A program made the translations under genes and the position numbers. A stretch of DNA of 64,000 nucleotides from positions 434,001-498,000 of the forward strand of contig JAUFOQ010000017.1 of NCBI GenBank assembly GCA_040285855.1, given 5' to 3'. Shown here piece by piece: positions 12,094 to 24,928 of the stretch. Numbering within the stretch: position 1 is the stretch's first letter; each line of letters starts with the position of its first letter. Source of the DNA: Eukaryota sp. GEM-RC1 (lineage: Eukaryota). The notes beneath the pieces were generated by a model. It was not told where the DNA came from and searched no databases. It saw nothing but the letters and a program-made list of their open reading frames with translations.

Positions 12094-12502
12094 ATATAGA
12101 GTATAGAATATACATCAACACGTGTTCTTTTTGATGCTAGTGCATGTGTAGATCATGTACATATACTACTGAGTGACTCAATTTCTCAAAATGGTTCAGA
12201 ATGTATCTGGTTATTGCTTACAATAACTACACATTTGTTTGCAATACTATTTTGCACGAGGCCATTGCAAAATGCAATTACCGTTTGAACATCCCTGAGT
12301 TAAACCCCATCTGATAAAAAATAAAACACATCAATAAACATCTAACTTTTCTCATTGCACTCAGATCAACTTAGCTAATAGTTGTTTGTGATACTCGAGC
12401 AATGATTTAATAATAAAGCTTATTTAGTACCACTGTTACAAAAAATACATTTTGACAGTGTTCAACTAAACGATAATGTATATTTAATTCACATACACAT
12501 GT

Positions 12503-12640
12503 ACCAGGTTTTTGGGTTTGAACCTAAACCGTTTTTTACCAAACCTAGCTGAACCTAAACCCATTTTTGGAAAACCAAACCAAACCTAAACCAGGTTCGG
12601 GGTTTGAAACTATTTTGAATCCCAAACCTGCACAGTCCTA
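12503..12640. mobile_element. Right-end fragment of a hAT-type MITE with AAACC/GAACCTAAAC subterminal repeats
   Basis: Clustered AAACC repeats ending in ...GCACAGTCCTA (reverse complement starts TAGG); partner end not found. Confidence 0.45.
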
Positions 12641-12790
12641 CTAGTAGCTACAACACTTACTTCAAATGCCCTACTTCTGAACGAACCATTAAAAAAAAAT
12701 TCAGGCAATTTCAGGATCTACACTGATTGTAAATTTTTCCCCAACATGACCTAGACTAAAAATGTGACAACAACAAATACAGGTATTTAA

Positions 12791-15478
12791 TTAATTTAAA
12801 TATACATCAAAAACAATAACTTTAGAAAAACCCAGTTTCTTTTCTTTTCGTACCTGTTTCCACTTGGGAAGGTTGTCAAAATCGACTCTCTTAATGCCAA
12901 ATTCCTTTTCAAAAGCCTCATCTGAAAGATACACCTCCAACTGAGTCCGATCAAAACCCAGGGGTAAGTCTAAAAGTTTGCTTTTAATCTTGGCTGGGAT
13001 TGAATCCAACTTCTGCTGATGCTCCTCCTCTGGCGACAGAGTAGTAGAAGAAGAAGAAGGTTCATCATTAGTAGTTTCAACATTACCATCAGCTTGTTTC
13101 TTCTTCAGAGGATCAACAAATACAGCTTTCTTCTTCTGTGCTAACTCAGCAAACTCAGGAGTATTACTATTAGCAACAGATGACGATGACTTCTTCAATG
13201 GATCAACAAACTCAGACGTCTTCCTATCAGCCAACTTAGCAAACTCTGGCCTCTTGCTCTTAGCTTCTTCTCTCATTTTAGCCTTCCTGGCTTCATAAGG
13301 ATCTTCAAACTCCTCCAATGTCTTCTCCTGCCATCCAATAAAGTGACAAGTAAACAACGAGGGCTCCTTGCCTTGTTCAACAGTAATAATTGGAGTACCA
13401 GGATCTCTCCCGTCATCAACACACTCAATATACTTTTGAGCGCTTTCAAAACTCTTCTTAGCTTCATTCTCGTTAGCTCCACTTCCTACCCACACGAAAA
13501 CAGTGTGGAAAGTATCCATAACATAAGCATCATCTGATAACAAATCATCCTGACTGAAGTTATGAACTTCTTCAATTCTCCAGGCACCCAGAGCATCAGA
13601 ACAATGGAACAATCTCGGCTCAAAGTCTCCTTGAAGTTCTAAATCCTTACCAGAGGCGTACTCTTCCTTTCCACCTAGGCAGTCCCAGAACTCCCCTGGT
13701 TCTTCTTCTTCCTTGATCACGATCTTCTGTTTTCCTTCAGCAAAGACGTCTGCGACCTTCAAGGCAATGTCTTGCTCACTGTCGTTACAACCAGATCCCA
13801 TCCAAACGAAGACTTTTCCATTAACAGTATCATCGACAACGAAGGAATCGCCAGAATTTAAATTTTTAGAAGTTGTTGGAACTTGAACAGCTCTGGTGTC
13901 AAACTCAGTTGTACCTCGCACGTGATATAACGCAACCGGTTCTCTTTCCTCTTCTGGAGTATCCCAGTCACCCAATCTAACAATCATTTTACCATCCCAA
14001 ATGTTGATGAAATGAGCAGGTTCCTTGTTCTGACAAACACGAACCTGGGTAGCAGTACCAGACCTCTCGTCATCTAATGAAACAGCAAGGAATGCAGAGG
14101 CAGTGGTTTCGTCACGTGATGAGTTGCGTCCTTGGTAGTAGTAAATGAATTCAGTCAGCCTGTTCTTTAAAGTGAATGATAGTAGAACGAGGTAGGAATC
14201 TCCAGAATAGAACTTTCCGTGGTCTTCTTCAGGAACTGGTACTTTACGGAGGTTTTGAATTCTCCAGACTTCAATTTTCTTACTTCCTTCGTCCATTTTT
14301 AAAATTTGTTGTTCTTGTTCCTGTCGTTTTTTAGTCATTACACTTTCAATATCAATATCATCCAATTGAATCTTCTCTCCTTGCCCCATTAACTTCTGCA
14401 GATTATTTCTTGAAAAGTCAACATTCCTAATAACTGGCTTCCCCCACTGTTTGAAATGATCCTTAAACAGCGGAGTCTCACCATCTTGAATTACTCTAGT
14501 AATTGGAGTCCACACAGGTCGTCCGTGGTCAACCAAATACTTCTCAGCATACGTCATGGCTCCCATCTTCTCTTCAGAAGTACTGCCTTTACCTACCCAG
14601 ACGAATAGCTCATTTCCAGTATCTAAAATATAGCAATCATCACCGTTTAGCAGGTCCTTAGTCAAACCCTTCTCACACATTTCTACTTGTTCACACTTTA
14701 GCTCTCCAGAAGCATCAGACACTAAGTAGAGTTTATCATCCTGAGCTTGTTCAGCTTCCTCATCACAACCACCTTCTTCAGCAGAAAGGATTTCAGAGCG
14801 ATCGCCTTCAAGAGCAGCCCAGAAAGGTTCAGCATCGGACTCGTCATCATTCTGACCTTCGTCTAAGAGAATAACTTCAGGTCTGGAACCTCGTTCTTGA
14901 TCCTTGATTTTACAGGTTACGTCTAGACCTTTCGCTCGTTCTAGACGGCTGGATTCTTTACCATTCCATTGAAAGAGAGTGAGACCGAGGTCGAGGACAA
15001 AGACATCACCACAATTGAGAGAAGAAGTTTTGAGAGGGACTTGTTTGCAGCGGATTCTGCGTTTGCCCTTGAGATGGAGTAGACGGGGTTCATAGACATC
15101 GCGTTCAATCTTGTTGAAAGCAGAGACGGACATTTCACCATCTAGGTATTCGATGCCATCAGTCCAGAGAGAGAGAAAGAGGGAGGATTCATGTTGTTGT
15201 ACTTCACGATGTTGAACAGCGTCGCCGCCTAATATGTCGTCAAGTTCGACAGTTTTGAGAGCGGAAGCACCACGTTCATCCTGAGTACTCTCCTCGCCTT
15301 GCCAATAGAAGAGATGACGCTCTTTACGGTTGGAGTGGTTAAATAGCACAATGTAGCAGTCACCGGTATAGAACTGGCCATATTCGGTAGAGTCAACATC
15401 AACTACATCAAAGTTATCGATTCTCCAAACTCTAGTGCCTGGTTCTCTTGAAACATCATGGAAACCAAAAGTAGACAT
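12791..15478 (-). CDS. Villin (six gelsolin repeats plus headpiece)
   Basis: VWRIDNF, GQFYTGDCYIVL, HREVQQHES, SLNCGDVFVLD, GKFYSGDSYLVL, LNSGDSFV, PRLFHCS, C-terminal headpiece YLSDEAF...F..LPKWKQ. Confidence 0.95.
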   Translation of the reverse strand: MSTFGFHDVSREPGTRVWRIDNFDVVDVDSTEYGQFYTGDCYIVLFNHSNRKERHLFYWQGEESTQDERGASALKTVELDDILGGDAVQHREVQQHESSLFLSLWTDGIEYLDGEMSVSAFNKIERDVYEPRLLHLKGKRRIRCKQVPLKTSSLNCGDVFVLDLGLTLFQWNGKESSRLERAKGLDVTCKIKDQERGSRPEVILLDEGQNDDESDAEPFWAALEGDRSEILSAEEGGCDEEAEQAQDDKLYLVSDASGELKCEQVEMCEKGLTKDLLNGDDCYILDTGNELFVWVGKGSTSEEKMGAMTYAEKYLVDHGRPVWTPITRVIQDGETPLFKDHFKQWGKPVIRNVDFSRNNLQKLMGQGEKIQLDDIDIESVMTKKRQEQEQQILKMDEGSKKIEVWRIQNLRKVPVPEEDHGKFYSGDSYLVLLSFTLKNRLTEFIYYYQGRNSSRDETTASAFLAVSLDDERSGTATQVRVCQNKEPAHFINIWDGKMIVRLGDWDTPEEEREPVALYHVRGTTEFDTRAVQVPTTSKNLNSGDSFVVDDTVNGKVFVWMGSGCNDSEQDIALKVADVFAEGKQKIVIKEEEEPGEFWDCLGGKEEYASGKDLELQGDFEPRLFHCSDALGAWRIEEVHNFSQDDLLSDDAYVMDTFHTVFVWVGSGANENEAKKSFESAQKYIECVDDGRDPGTPIITVEQGKEPSLFTCHFIGWQEKTLEEFEDPYEARKAKMREEAKSKRPEFAKLADRKTSEFVDPLKKSSSSVANSNTPEFAELAQKKKAVFVDPLKKKQADGNVETTNDEPSSSSTTLSPEEEHQQKLDSIPAKIKSKLLDLPLGFDRTQLEVYLSDEAFEKEFGIKRVDFDNLPKWKQVRKEKKLGFSKVIVFDVYLN

Positions 15479-17229
15479 GGGTAATAGATTTTGATCTAAT
15501 CAATAAAACGTTACCATCACTTTTCTATGTTACTTTCACTGAACTCGACTTTTATTGCGAATGTTATATGCCAGAATGGTCTGACCGAGGTTGGATTTGA
15601 TCTTGAGTGGTAATCATTACAATCAAAGGAGCAACTGCCGTTTTGATCTGGGGATGAGCTATTGACAGAATAGGTTCAATAAAAGAAGCGGACACTTTAA
15701 AGTGTGGGAGAGCTGAGTGGGTTAATGGCATAGTGAAGAAAAGCTCTGTTTGCGTCCATTAACTCTTTTGGGCTTTATTCACTTTTATCCTCCAAATGAC
15801 AGCCAAGACTGTTACAAACAACGAAAGCTAACTAAAATATTAACCAATCATTAAACTCGTCATCAAATAAGGTCTTCGTAAGTCTCAATAATCATGACCA
15901 TCGTTAAATCAAACTATTTCCCTGAAGCTAGTGTTTGTCGAGTATATACAATTACGGTTCAAAGTCAGAAACTTCATTTTATCATTGTTTGATGGAACTC
16001 TAATTTATCTTGTATTACAGACTTGTCAGGGAGGTGTCCTTAGATAGTTTAGACCACGGTTTAACCCTCCTCTAACACATGTATTGAAACTGATCAGCAT
16101 GGTAAAGGGAGTAACAAATTATCACAGATTTTGCATCAAGCCTTCCAGTCTTGTTTTTTGGAAATATAGATAATGGAAAACAGGCAATTTTGTAATGAAG
16201 CTACCCTAAGATATGTAATAAAGAGTAGACATATCTGATGTTACATTGTTGCAGTAGTGCAATATTTTCAATAATTTTAATATTTTAAAGAATTACAATA
16301 TCCATTGGCGATCTTTCAGAATTACAATATGTATTTTGTGGCTAAAATACATTGTTATTTATTGTAACATTGTTTTCACACCCCTGGTTTTATATCAGGA
16401 CTTGTAATCGTTGAAAGAATTAGTAGTTCAAATTTGATTGCAACAATAAATCAACATGTACAACCCAAGCATACGGTCTACAATGCTTGTGTTAGTACCT
16501 TGCTTGTATTAGGACCTCGATTATGTGTAGACGTTAATCCTTCGTTGCAGGTCAAGAATTCTTATTGATTCTAAACAAGAAGAAGTTGTGATTTCAACCT
16601 TGAGCAATGATAACTGGTTAACGCAATTGTTTGATTCTGAGGAACTAGATTTTAAAGGCTCTAAAACAAGGACAATTGATCTCAGAAATTTACACAATTT
16701 CCGAATTTAATTCATCACACGGCTGAAAATAGGTACAAGCCACAGAATTACTGTAGATAAAGCGAAAACAAACAATTTGACTCCAATTTCTAGTACTTTG
16801 GTCTTCGTAAACAGCACTATGCATTATAGTTTCAGAATTGCAAACGTCATGTTTCAGCACTATAACTACGTTTGTACACACGGTATTATTTCTGGCAATC
16901 TTAATGAGAAACAAGGTTCTGCAATTCTGCACCAATGTGATTTACGGTATTTTGGAGACGTGAAGTTATCATACAACGTGCAAATTGTTTAGATCAATTT
17001 AATTCACTGCTCTAGAGGTGGTTTTAATGGTAAGATATCCAAAAATATGAAAAACTGGAGATGAACGTTCAGTCGATAGCAAAAATAATGTTTTGCTCAG
17101 ATTAATGCAGATTACTTGAAGTAAGTCATTGCTTTGCATGTCAAGCAACCAATATGATGACGTTGCGATGAATGGTGCTGAAATGCAGTCGAAGGAATCT
17201 TGAACTCTTTCTCTCTCCAACTTCCAAAC

Positions 17230-18478
17230 ATGGGTCACTTCTCCAAAAAGTTTTACATGGGCGCTGCCCTCATGATGATCTTCGGTACTGGTACCATGAT
17301 TTCTGCCAAACTTCTACTTGACAGCAAATCAATTGGCCGAGATGGAAAACTGAAACATTTCGACAAACCCTGGTTCCAGTCAACAACTATGTTCATGTCT
17401 ATGAGTTTCTGCATGCTTTTCTTCTTCGAAGGTCAACGTCGTGATAGAAAGCGTCTCGCTACCACTGTAATATCCTCAAAGAGTATCAATAGCGAAGAAA
17501 TATTGATTCCAGCTGATGTACCTGTGGAAAAGGTTCCAGATCGTCGTAGTTACTTTCTTATATCAATTCCCGCTTTGTTGGACCTCCTTGCAACAACAGT
17601 GATGACTTTTTCACTCATTCTACTGCCCGTCAGTACAATGCAGTTGTTAAGAGGCTCAATGGTTGTATTTTCAGCCATTTTAAATGTGGTTTTGCTCCGA
17701 AGAAAGTTACTCCCATATAGATGGTTTGGTGTCCTCTTTGTTACCATTGGTATCATCATGATTGGCTTCTCCAGTGTCCTCTCGTCTCACGATGAAGGAG
17801 GCAGTGGTGCTGCAATGGTTGTAGGAATCGTTCTCTGCATTGCATCCCAATTCCTGCAAGCACTGCAGATTGTTACTGAGGATCATTTGCTCTCTGGAGT
17901 GTCATGCATTCCCACCCAGGTAGTTGGAATGGAGGGGGTTTGGGGAACAGTCTTTTGTGCTGTTATCTTCATCCCACTGGCTCAGGTGTTTAAGGTGTTT
18001 TCATTTGGTGAAGATACTATAGATACCGTTGTCATGCTTTCCAATAACAAATCTTTGCTCATCATTTCCGGTGTATACTGCGTTTCCATCTTGTTGCTTA
18101 ACTATGCTGGAATGACTGTTACTCATGAAAGGGATGTTTCCTTTACTTACTAACCTTAGTACCAGTGTTGTACGCACGATTCTTGAAGCAATAAGAACTG
18201 TTTTCATTTGGATTGTTGATCTTGTAATTTACAGGATTAATCCTGATTTTGGAGAGAAGTGGAACAAATGGTCTTACTTGCAATTGGCTGGTTTTATTGT
18301 TCTTTCGTTCTCCATGTTTGCTTATGAGGGAATTATCAAACTTCCTGTATGTTTTATACTTGGAAAATCTAACTCTAGGGGTTTAGATATGAATCTGATT
18401 CCAAAAAGACGTCAGATACAGATTATAATCTTGTGGAGGATAATTAGTATAGTTTTTAGTTTATTTTCGATTTACTAA
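17230..18478 (+). CDS. SLC35F6-like / DMT-superfamily transporter with one small intron (about 18132-18159)
   Basis: FDKPWFQSTTMFMSMSFC, PALLDL, QLLRGSMVVFSA, VVGMEGVWG, STSVVRTILEAIRTVFIW; TACTAAC branch site and TTAG acceptor at the frame change. Confidence 0.85.
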
Positions 18479-18948
18479 ATTATTTAATATGTTATTGTCT
18501 TTTCAAACTTTGAAATGAATGATTCTCCCATTAATACTATGCCTCGTCATCCGCCTGAATGTATGAGAATGAATGAATTCATGAAAACAATTTGTTTATC
18601 TTGAAAAACTTACTGGTAAGTTGAGTGTAGTAATTGGAACCGTTGACACATCAATATTCTCACAACATAGAACTCACTACTAGCAACGCTTTGGAGATGG
18701 AGAATTGTTGTCTTTACAGCAAAAACTATACAACTAGTAAGTACACTTTATACAATAAACTCAAACAAGTCCTTTTCCACATCACAAAACTAATAAACAA
18801 AACTAAGACCAAATGTAAGTCAAAGATCACCTGGAAAATCAATAGAGACATAAGAACAGAAATAGACCAAAAGTGCTAACAAACACTCAAGTTCCACCAA
18901 TATACAATAAAAAAATAAAAAATTTTAAATAATTGAAAATTTCAACCG

Positions 18949-21900
18949 CTACAGACCAAAAGGATCGTATTTCTTAGGCTGTTGCCTTGGAGACTCACCA
19001 TCCTTCTTAAAAGATCCGTTATCCAAATACTTTAGTTCAAAATCCAACACAAAATGAAAAGAAAAGAAAGACAATGGTTCAACAATTCCAATTAGTCGGT
19101 CCAAAGCATCAGAAACTTTACCAACACTACTAGCATTATTGAAGTAGTATCGATGTACAGCAGTTTCATCAGAATAGATCTCCCTCAAAACCCCACATAA
19201 CATCTTCTTTTCTAAACAATCGCAAATGAGAGCACGGAAACGTTGAGCATCGTCAGTAAATTCAGAAAAGTTTCGGATTCTATTAACACTAGTAGCTAAC
19301 AGGGGGTAATTTGACCAATTATACTCAGAAAAGAACTTCCAAAGGGAGTTTCTGTAAATAATTCTAACAGTTGGTTTTAGACCAAGTGATAATAAACTGC
19401 TCAATCCAGCACAAATCCCGCCTCTCACCAACGACGACATTGCCACGTCGTGGGGCTCACATCCACGTGTTGATGACGTGGAAGATTCAAGATAGGACAC
19501 TAACTTCGTTACTTTCTGTTGAATCTCTTTGAAGGGGTTTTCTAAATTAGTCATTGCACCAGACTCAGACTCATTATAGTTATTAGTAGTCTTCATTACT
19601 GAAACATCCTGATTTGACTTGAATTTAACTGGCAACTGAAACGTGAACTGAGCGTCCAGCATCTCAGCAACTGCCACGTAGTGACCGACAGGAGAGTTAC
19701 GGATGGGAGCGTCCTCGGTCCAAAAAGTAGCAATCAAGTTGACGTCAGCAGCGAGAGCTCTCATTAAGACTGCCAGTCTTGAGGTGTTGAGAGCTATTCT
19801 AAGGAGTAACACCGATCGAAGACGAGTGATTTCGAACTTAGGCATTCGTGGTAAATCTAAAGAAGCAGCTTCCGAAACTAGCTTTATGATTGCAGGCATT
19901 TTAGACTGGGAGATGGCATACCACAAGTCAACAGAAGTCAACAGACCTTGCCCTTTGATTCCAGTTGACAACGCACCATGCAATAGCTGTACAATCTGAT
20001 GAGGTACCGGGTTAGACCCCGGGATGGCCATCTTGCAGAGGAGGAATTAGGAAGTCCTTGTACTGAGTGTAACTCTGCTACCTTCTGTAACAACTCATAA
20101 GCAGATTGATCAGGTTCTGAAGAAGGCTGTGGAGAAAGACTCAAACGTGATGGTGACGATTTCTTTTGAGATATTAATGAGTTTTGAGCTTCTTGTAAGG
20201 AGGTTTCAATCTTGGATGGATTCCTGTTCTTCTCTGAATAAACTTCCCACATTAGGGATACCGGATCTCTTCTAAGCATTAGAGGAACCCCACAGGTTGG
20301 TTCTTGAGGTACTGTGACAACGGTGGCTGCTGCACGACGACATACAGGGAAACGAGAGACGTTTAGGAGGGGTTTACAGTCAGGAGCTAACTGCCATCCA
20401 TGACGTGTAGGGACGAGCTCAATATCTGAGACACGGACTGTGGAGATCGCATTAGGAAGGGTACCTTTACGTCCTCTTTTTGAGCTGAAGAAACCTGTCA
20501 CGTCAGCAGGATCGACAAGGTCAATCACAATGCCAGTGTCCTGAGAGTCTTCGATGATCTCTACTCGATGACGATGAGAACGTTGAGTTCGGGTAGGTTC
20601 GATTGAAGTGGTTTTTCTTAGGGGTTTTTTGGCGGCAGGTTCGATTGGAGCAGTAGTAACACGTGGTTTTGAAGGATTATCTGTTTTGATTGAGTGTGAT
20701 TGGGATCCAATTTTAGGAGTTTCAACAGGAATTTGAATGGGTTTCGAAGATTCCTTTGGAATTTGAGTTTGTGATTGAATCGCTTTTGCAACAGGAATTT
20801 CAACTGGTTTTGAAGCTGTTCGTGAAATTTTGACTTTATCTTGAGTTGGTTTTGCAACAGGAAGTTCAACTAATCTCGAAGATTCCTTTGGAATTTGAGT
20901 TTGTGATTGAACCGGTTTTGCGACAGGAATTTCAACTGGTTTTGAAGCTGTTCGTGAAGTTTTGACGTTTTCTTGAGTTGGTTTTGCAACAGGAAGTTCA
21001 ACTAATCTCGAAGATTCCTTTGGAATTTGAGTTTGTGATTGAACTGGGTTTTCAACAGGAATTTCAACTGGTTTTGAAGCTGTTCGTGAAGTTTTGACTT
21101 TATCTTGAGTTGGTTTTTCAACAGGAATTTCAATTGGTCTCGAAGATTCTTTTGGAATTTGACTGTGTGATTGAACCGGGTTTTCAACAGGAATTTCAAC
21201 TGGTTTTGAAGCTGTTCGTGGAGTTTTGACTTTATCTTGAGTTGTTTTTTCAACAGGAATTTCAATTGGTCTCGAAGATTCTTTTGGAATTTGAGTTTGT
21301 GATTGAACCGGGTTTTCAACAGGAATTTCAACTGGTTTTGAAGCTGTTCGTGGACTTTTGACTTTATCTTGAGTTGTTTTTTCAACAGGAATTTCAATTG
21401 GCCTCGAAGATTCTTTTGGAATTTGAGTTTGTGATTGAACCGGGTTTTCAACAGGAATTTCAACTGGTTTTGAAGCTGTTCGTGGACTTTTGACTTTATC
21501 TTGAGTTGTTTTTTCAACAGGAATTTCAATTGGCCTCGAAGATTCTTTTGGAATTTGAGTTTGTGATTGAACCGGGTTTTCAACAGGAATTTCAACTGGT
21601 TTTGAAGCTGTTGGTGAAGTTTTGACTTTATCTTGAGTTGTTTTTTCAACAGGAATTTCAATTGGTCTCGAAGATTCTTTTGGAATTTGAGTTTGTGATT
21701 GAACCGGGTTTTCAACAGGAATTTCAACTGGTTTTGAAGCTGTTCGTGGAGTTTTGACTTTATCTTGAGTTGTTTTTTCAACAGGAATTTCAATTGGCCT
21801 CGAAGATTCTTTTGGAATTTGAGTTTGTGATTGAACCGGGTTTTCAACAGGAATTTCAACTGGTTTTGAAGCTGTTGGTGAAGTTTTGACTTTATCTTGA

Positions 21901-22517
21901 GTTGGTTTTTCAACAGGAACTTCAATTGGTCTCGATGATTCCTTCGGACTAACAGCCTGGTCTTCAACCGAGTCCAGTGGTTTTGCATAAGAGCCATTGA
22001 GAGGAGTTAGCTCACCATAGCTCCTAGTAAATGAGGAAGTAAGAGAATCAAAAGATCCCGAAGTACTTTGATAGGATAAAACAGGAGAGGGAGGTCGCTG
22101 TATTGGTTCAGATAATCTTAAGAGCTCCTCGTCAGCAATACCAGACTTTGTTGGATCAGAGTTGTTCTGAGCAGCAGCCTCTTCTTTAAGTAAAGATTGA
22201 GCCCGCTTTAGTGCACGTATCCATGATGCTGATTCACTTGGAGTACGAGCAAGAAGATGGAAGGTTTTGTGCGGAACGGCAATTTCGAAACGATCACCAT
22301 TACGAGAAAATGTTGAGTTTAAAAGTGGAATAGATCCTATAGGATCATCTTCTGCTGTAGAGCTGGAATAGTAGTTTAGACAATAGCCCTCAAGGCGAAA
22401 GAATCTTCTAGAATAGGTCCCAAAGAAGCCATCCTTAAGTTTCAGAAACCCATGTAGGACAACTGAAGAAAGAGACATATGAGTATCGAGATTAAGTCTT
22501 GAAAATTTGAAGGACAA
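18949..22517 (-). CDS. PH-domain, proline-rich repeat, RUN-domain protein (frameshift near 20030)
   Basis: N-terminal PH (GFLKLK..RRFFRL..LNYY..PIGSIPL..W..AL); C-terminal RUN-like segments (L..GLK...W.F, RFRALICDCLE..L, ..YY...). Confidence 0.75.
20720..21940 (-). repeat. Coding minisatellite, 132-bp (44-aa) unit made of two 22-aa halves, about 9 copies
   Basis: PVEIPVENPVQSQTQIPKESSR / PIEIPVEKTTQDKVKTPRTASK repeated. Confidence 0.95.
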
Positions 22518-22796
22518 TAAAATGAATCAATGATCGAGAAGTCTACATGTACATACTATGTATAGTAGTAGTTTTAACAATACTTCTAATCCAGCAAAAC
22601 TTGAAATCAACAAAAGCAAAATGATTCATGTAGTACATTATTCATCATTGAAACACATATATTAATGATGACACTTGTACTGTTAATAACTAAACCTGAA
22701 GAAGTTTATTGTTTATGATTGTGGAAATCGAACTATATAGACCATAAATTCAGCATGACAGATGGTACAGACTAATAATTGTATGTCGTTTAAAAC

Positions 22797-23532
22797 TTAT
22801 TGAGCTGGGACAGCTGTGGGAAAAGTGATGTAAACCTTGCTTTCTGGTTCACCGACGTGCTCAGTTTCCTTGGGTTCATAGAAGGTAATTTTGTCGGGTA
22901 GAACTGAAGAGACTTGGGGATTCTTAGGTTGGGGAAGCATAATGGAAACCTTGATACCAAGGACACCTTGCTTCAAAAGAACATGACGGGTGGCAGTTTC
23001 AACATGATCGATGTTTGGTTGACCGGTCTTGATCATATATCCAGATCCGAACTTAAGACTTTTGGCACGAGCACCACGGACTTTACCGGAGATCATGATC
23101 TCACATCCCTTACCACCAGCCTCAGTGATTTGTCTGATGACACCATAACAGGCCTTACGGACAGCGGTTCCACCGAGAATTTTGAACTTGATGGATTCGG
23201 CCTGAGCAGCGGCACAGAGTCCACGTTCCTCCACACGTTTGGCGAAAAGAGCTAGGCGTCCTTCTTCGAAACCCCATCTCTTGGAGATAATGGAGGTGAG
23301 CTCACGGATACGGCGAGCACCTTCACCCAAAACTTCGGAAGTCTTAGTAGCGTGAATGACAACTTCGGTTCTTAGGGGAGTCTGTCTAACATTAAGACCA
23401 GCAAACCCGGCACTGGCCAATTCACGTTCAAGAAACTCATTGAGTTCGGCGAAAAAATACCGTCTGAAACAAACTAAGATAAGGTGATCGCAGGGAGAAA
23501 GATACCTTTTTCTTCTTGTTGATAACGTTCAT
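22797..23532 (-). CDS. RPS3: 40S ribosomal protein S3 (uS3); exon 1 23506-23532, 32-nt intron 23474-23505, 1-nt homopolymer deletion near 23455
   Basis: [14 protein letters not shown](IFF)[69 protein letters not shown]...TTAG intron. Confidence 0.97.
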
Positions 23533-23753
23533 GCAAATTCAAAAGAGGGAGGTGAGCAAAAGGAAGGGTTCATTTTTCTGCTTCTGTGATCGTTACCTTT
23601 GTTCACTTCTTTGTCTTGAACCCATACACTTCAGATTATCTTGCATTCTATCTTGTTATGATGGTCTTTAATGTTATAGCCATTGAACTCCAATATTACA
23701 AAACAAAATCAGTTTTATCACAAATGACTTAAGAACAATGTGATTACATGTAG

Positions 23754-24928
23754 CTATTCATTCAATAACATCGCAAACTGCTGAGCTGAGTCTAAATCGG
23801 AACATTGGGCTGAGAATTCTAGAGTTTTGGCTAACTGTTTGACACTACTGACATTGCTTTGTGAGATCAATACTGCCAGGAAGTTCCATTCACTATCCTG
23901 AAATGACAGAGGATCTGCATTGACAAAAACCGATGCTATCCGGTCTATCAGTGATACAAGTGTTGATTCTTGTACTTCTTCTTCAAATAGACTACAAACA
24001 CATCGAAGTAACTCAAACAGACTCGAATATCGGACCATTGACAAGATGTGAGACGATGTAAGAGACAATACAACCATCAGCACACGTGTTCGAGCAAAAG
24101 TCACTTGATTAACAAACCGACAGTCACTCATAACTATCTCAATTTGATCAACCAATGTCTGATCTACTGTTTCACTGATTGCATTGTTTAAATAATTGAA
24201 CATCAACGCAGACACAATTGAAATAGAAAGTACAATAGAGAAGCAATAATCACTCTCGAGAGGTGTTTCCAACTTCAGCAAGTCTTTCAAAAGGTTCTGG
24301 CCTTTTTGTCATTTAAAAGCAGGGCAAGAACAGAAGTGTCAAAACCAAAATCTAACTTTTTGACAAAAGAATCCAGGGGAAGTCGAAGCTGTTTTGCTAC
24401 ACTGTTATAAAGTTTCAGACGATTCTCAGAAGTAGGTTGTTCCTTTTCTAATAACAAATAATCACAAATACCTAAATGATATGAGTAAACCTTTTCTATA
24501 AGTAAATTCAGAAAATAATGTGACGAAAGGCCATGTTTTTGAACAGGTGGATTAAAATCAGGGAGTACAGGACGAACACCAGAACCTGATAGTGGAATAC
24601 ATCCTAAAGTCTTTGGAGGTAATTTAACAAAGGAAACAGTATCTTTGACCTTTGGTTTTGTGTATAATGTAGGCATGTGCTTAGGAGGAGGGTGACTCAT
24701 TTCAAAATAGTGATCTTCAACATAAGGATCATTCATAACAACAGAACACGATCGGGATGATAGGATGAAGTGATAATCAGCTTCTGTAAAGATGTGATGA
24801 GTTTGCAAATCAGATAAGGTTCTGGTTTTGGGTTTGGGTTTGGGATGTTGTACGGTGAGTGACGCTTCAAACTCGTCTACAAAGACAGCATCACCGGTGG
24901 CAAGAAGATCAGAAATAGAAGGTTGCAT
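23754..24928 (-). CDS. PAT1: PAT1-like mRNA decapping factor (frameshift near 24290)
   Basis: IFTEADYHFI...NDPYVEDHYF, TLGCIPLS...RP and LLIEKVYSYHLGICDY resemble conserved Pat1 blocks. Confidence 0.6.

Noticed and set aside
16026..16386. MITE bounded by CAGGGAGGTG and CACACCCCTG
   Set aside because: TIR match is short and imperfect and no TSD was found.
21002..21997. 331-aa alternative-frame ORF rich in Q/L/K
   Set aside because: Shadow frame of the 132-bp coding repeat.
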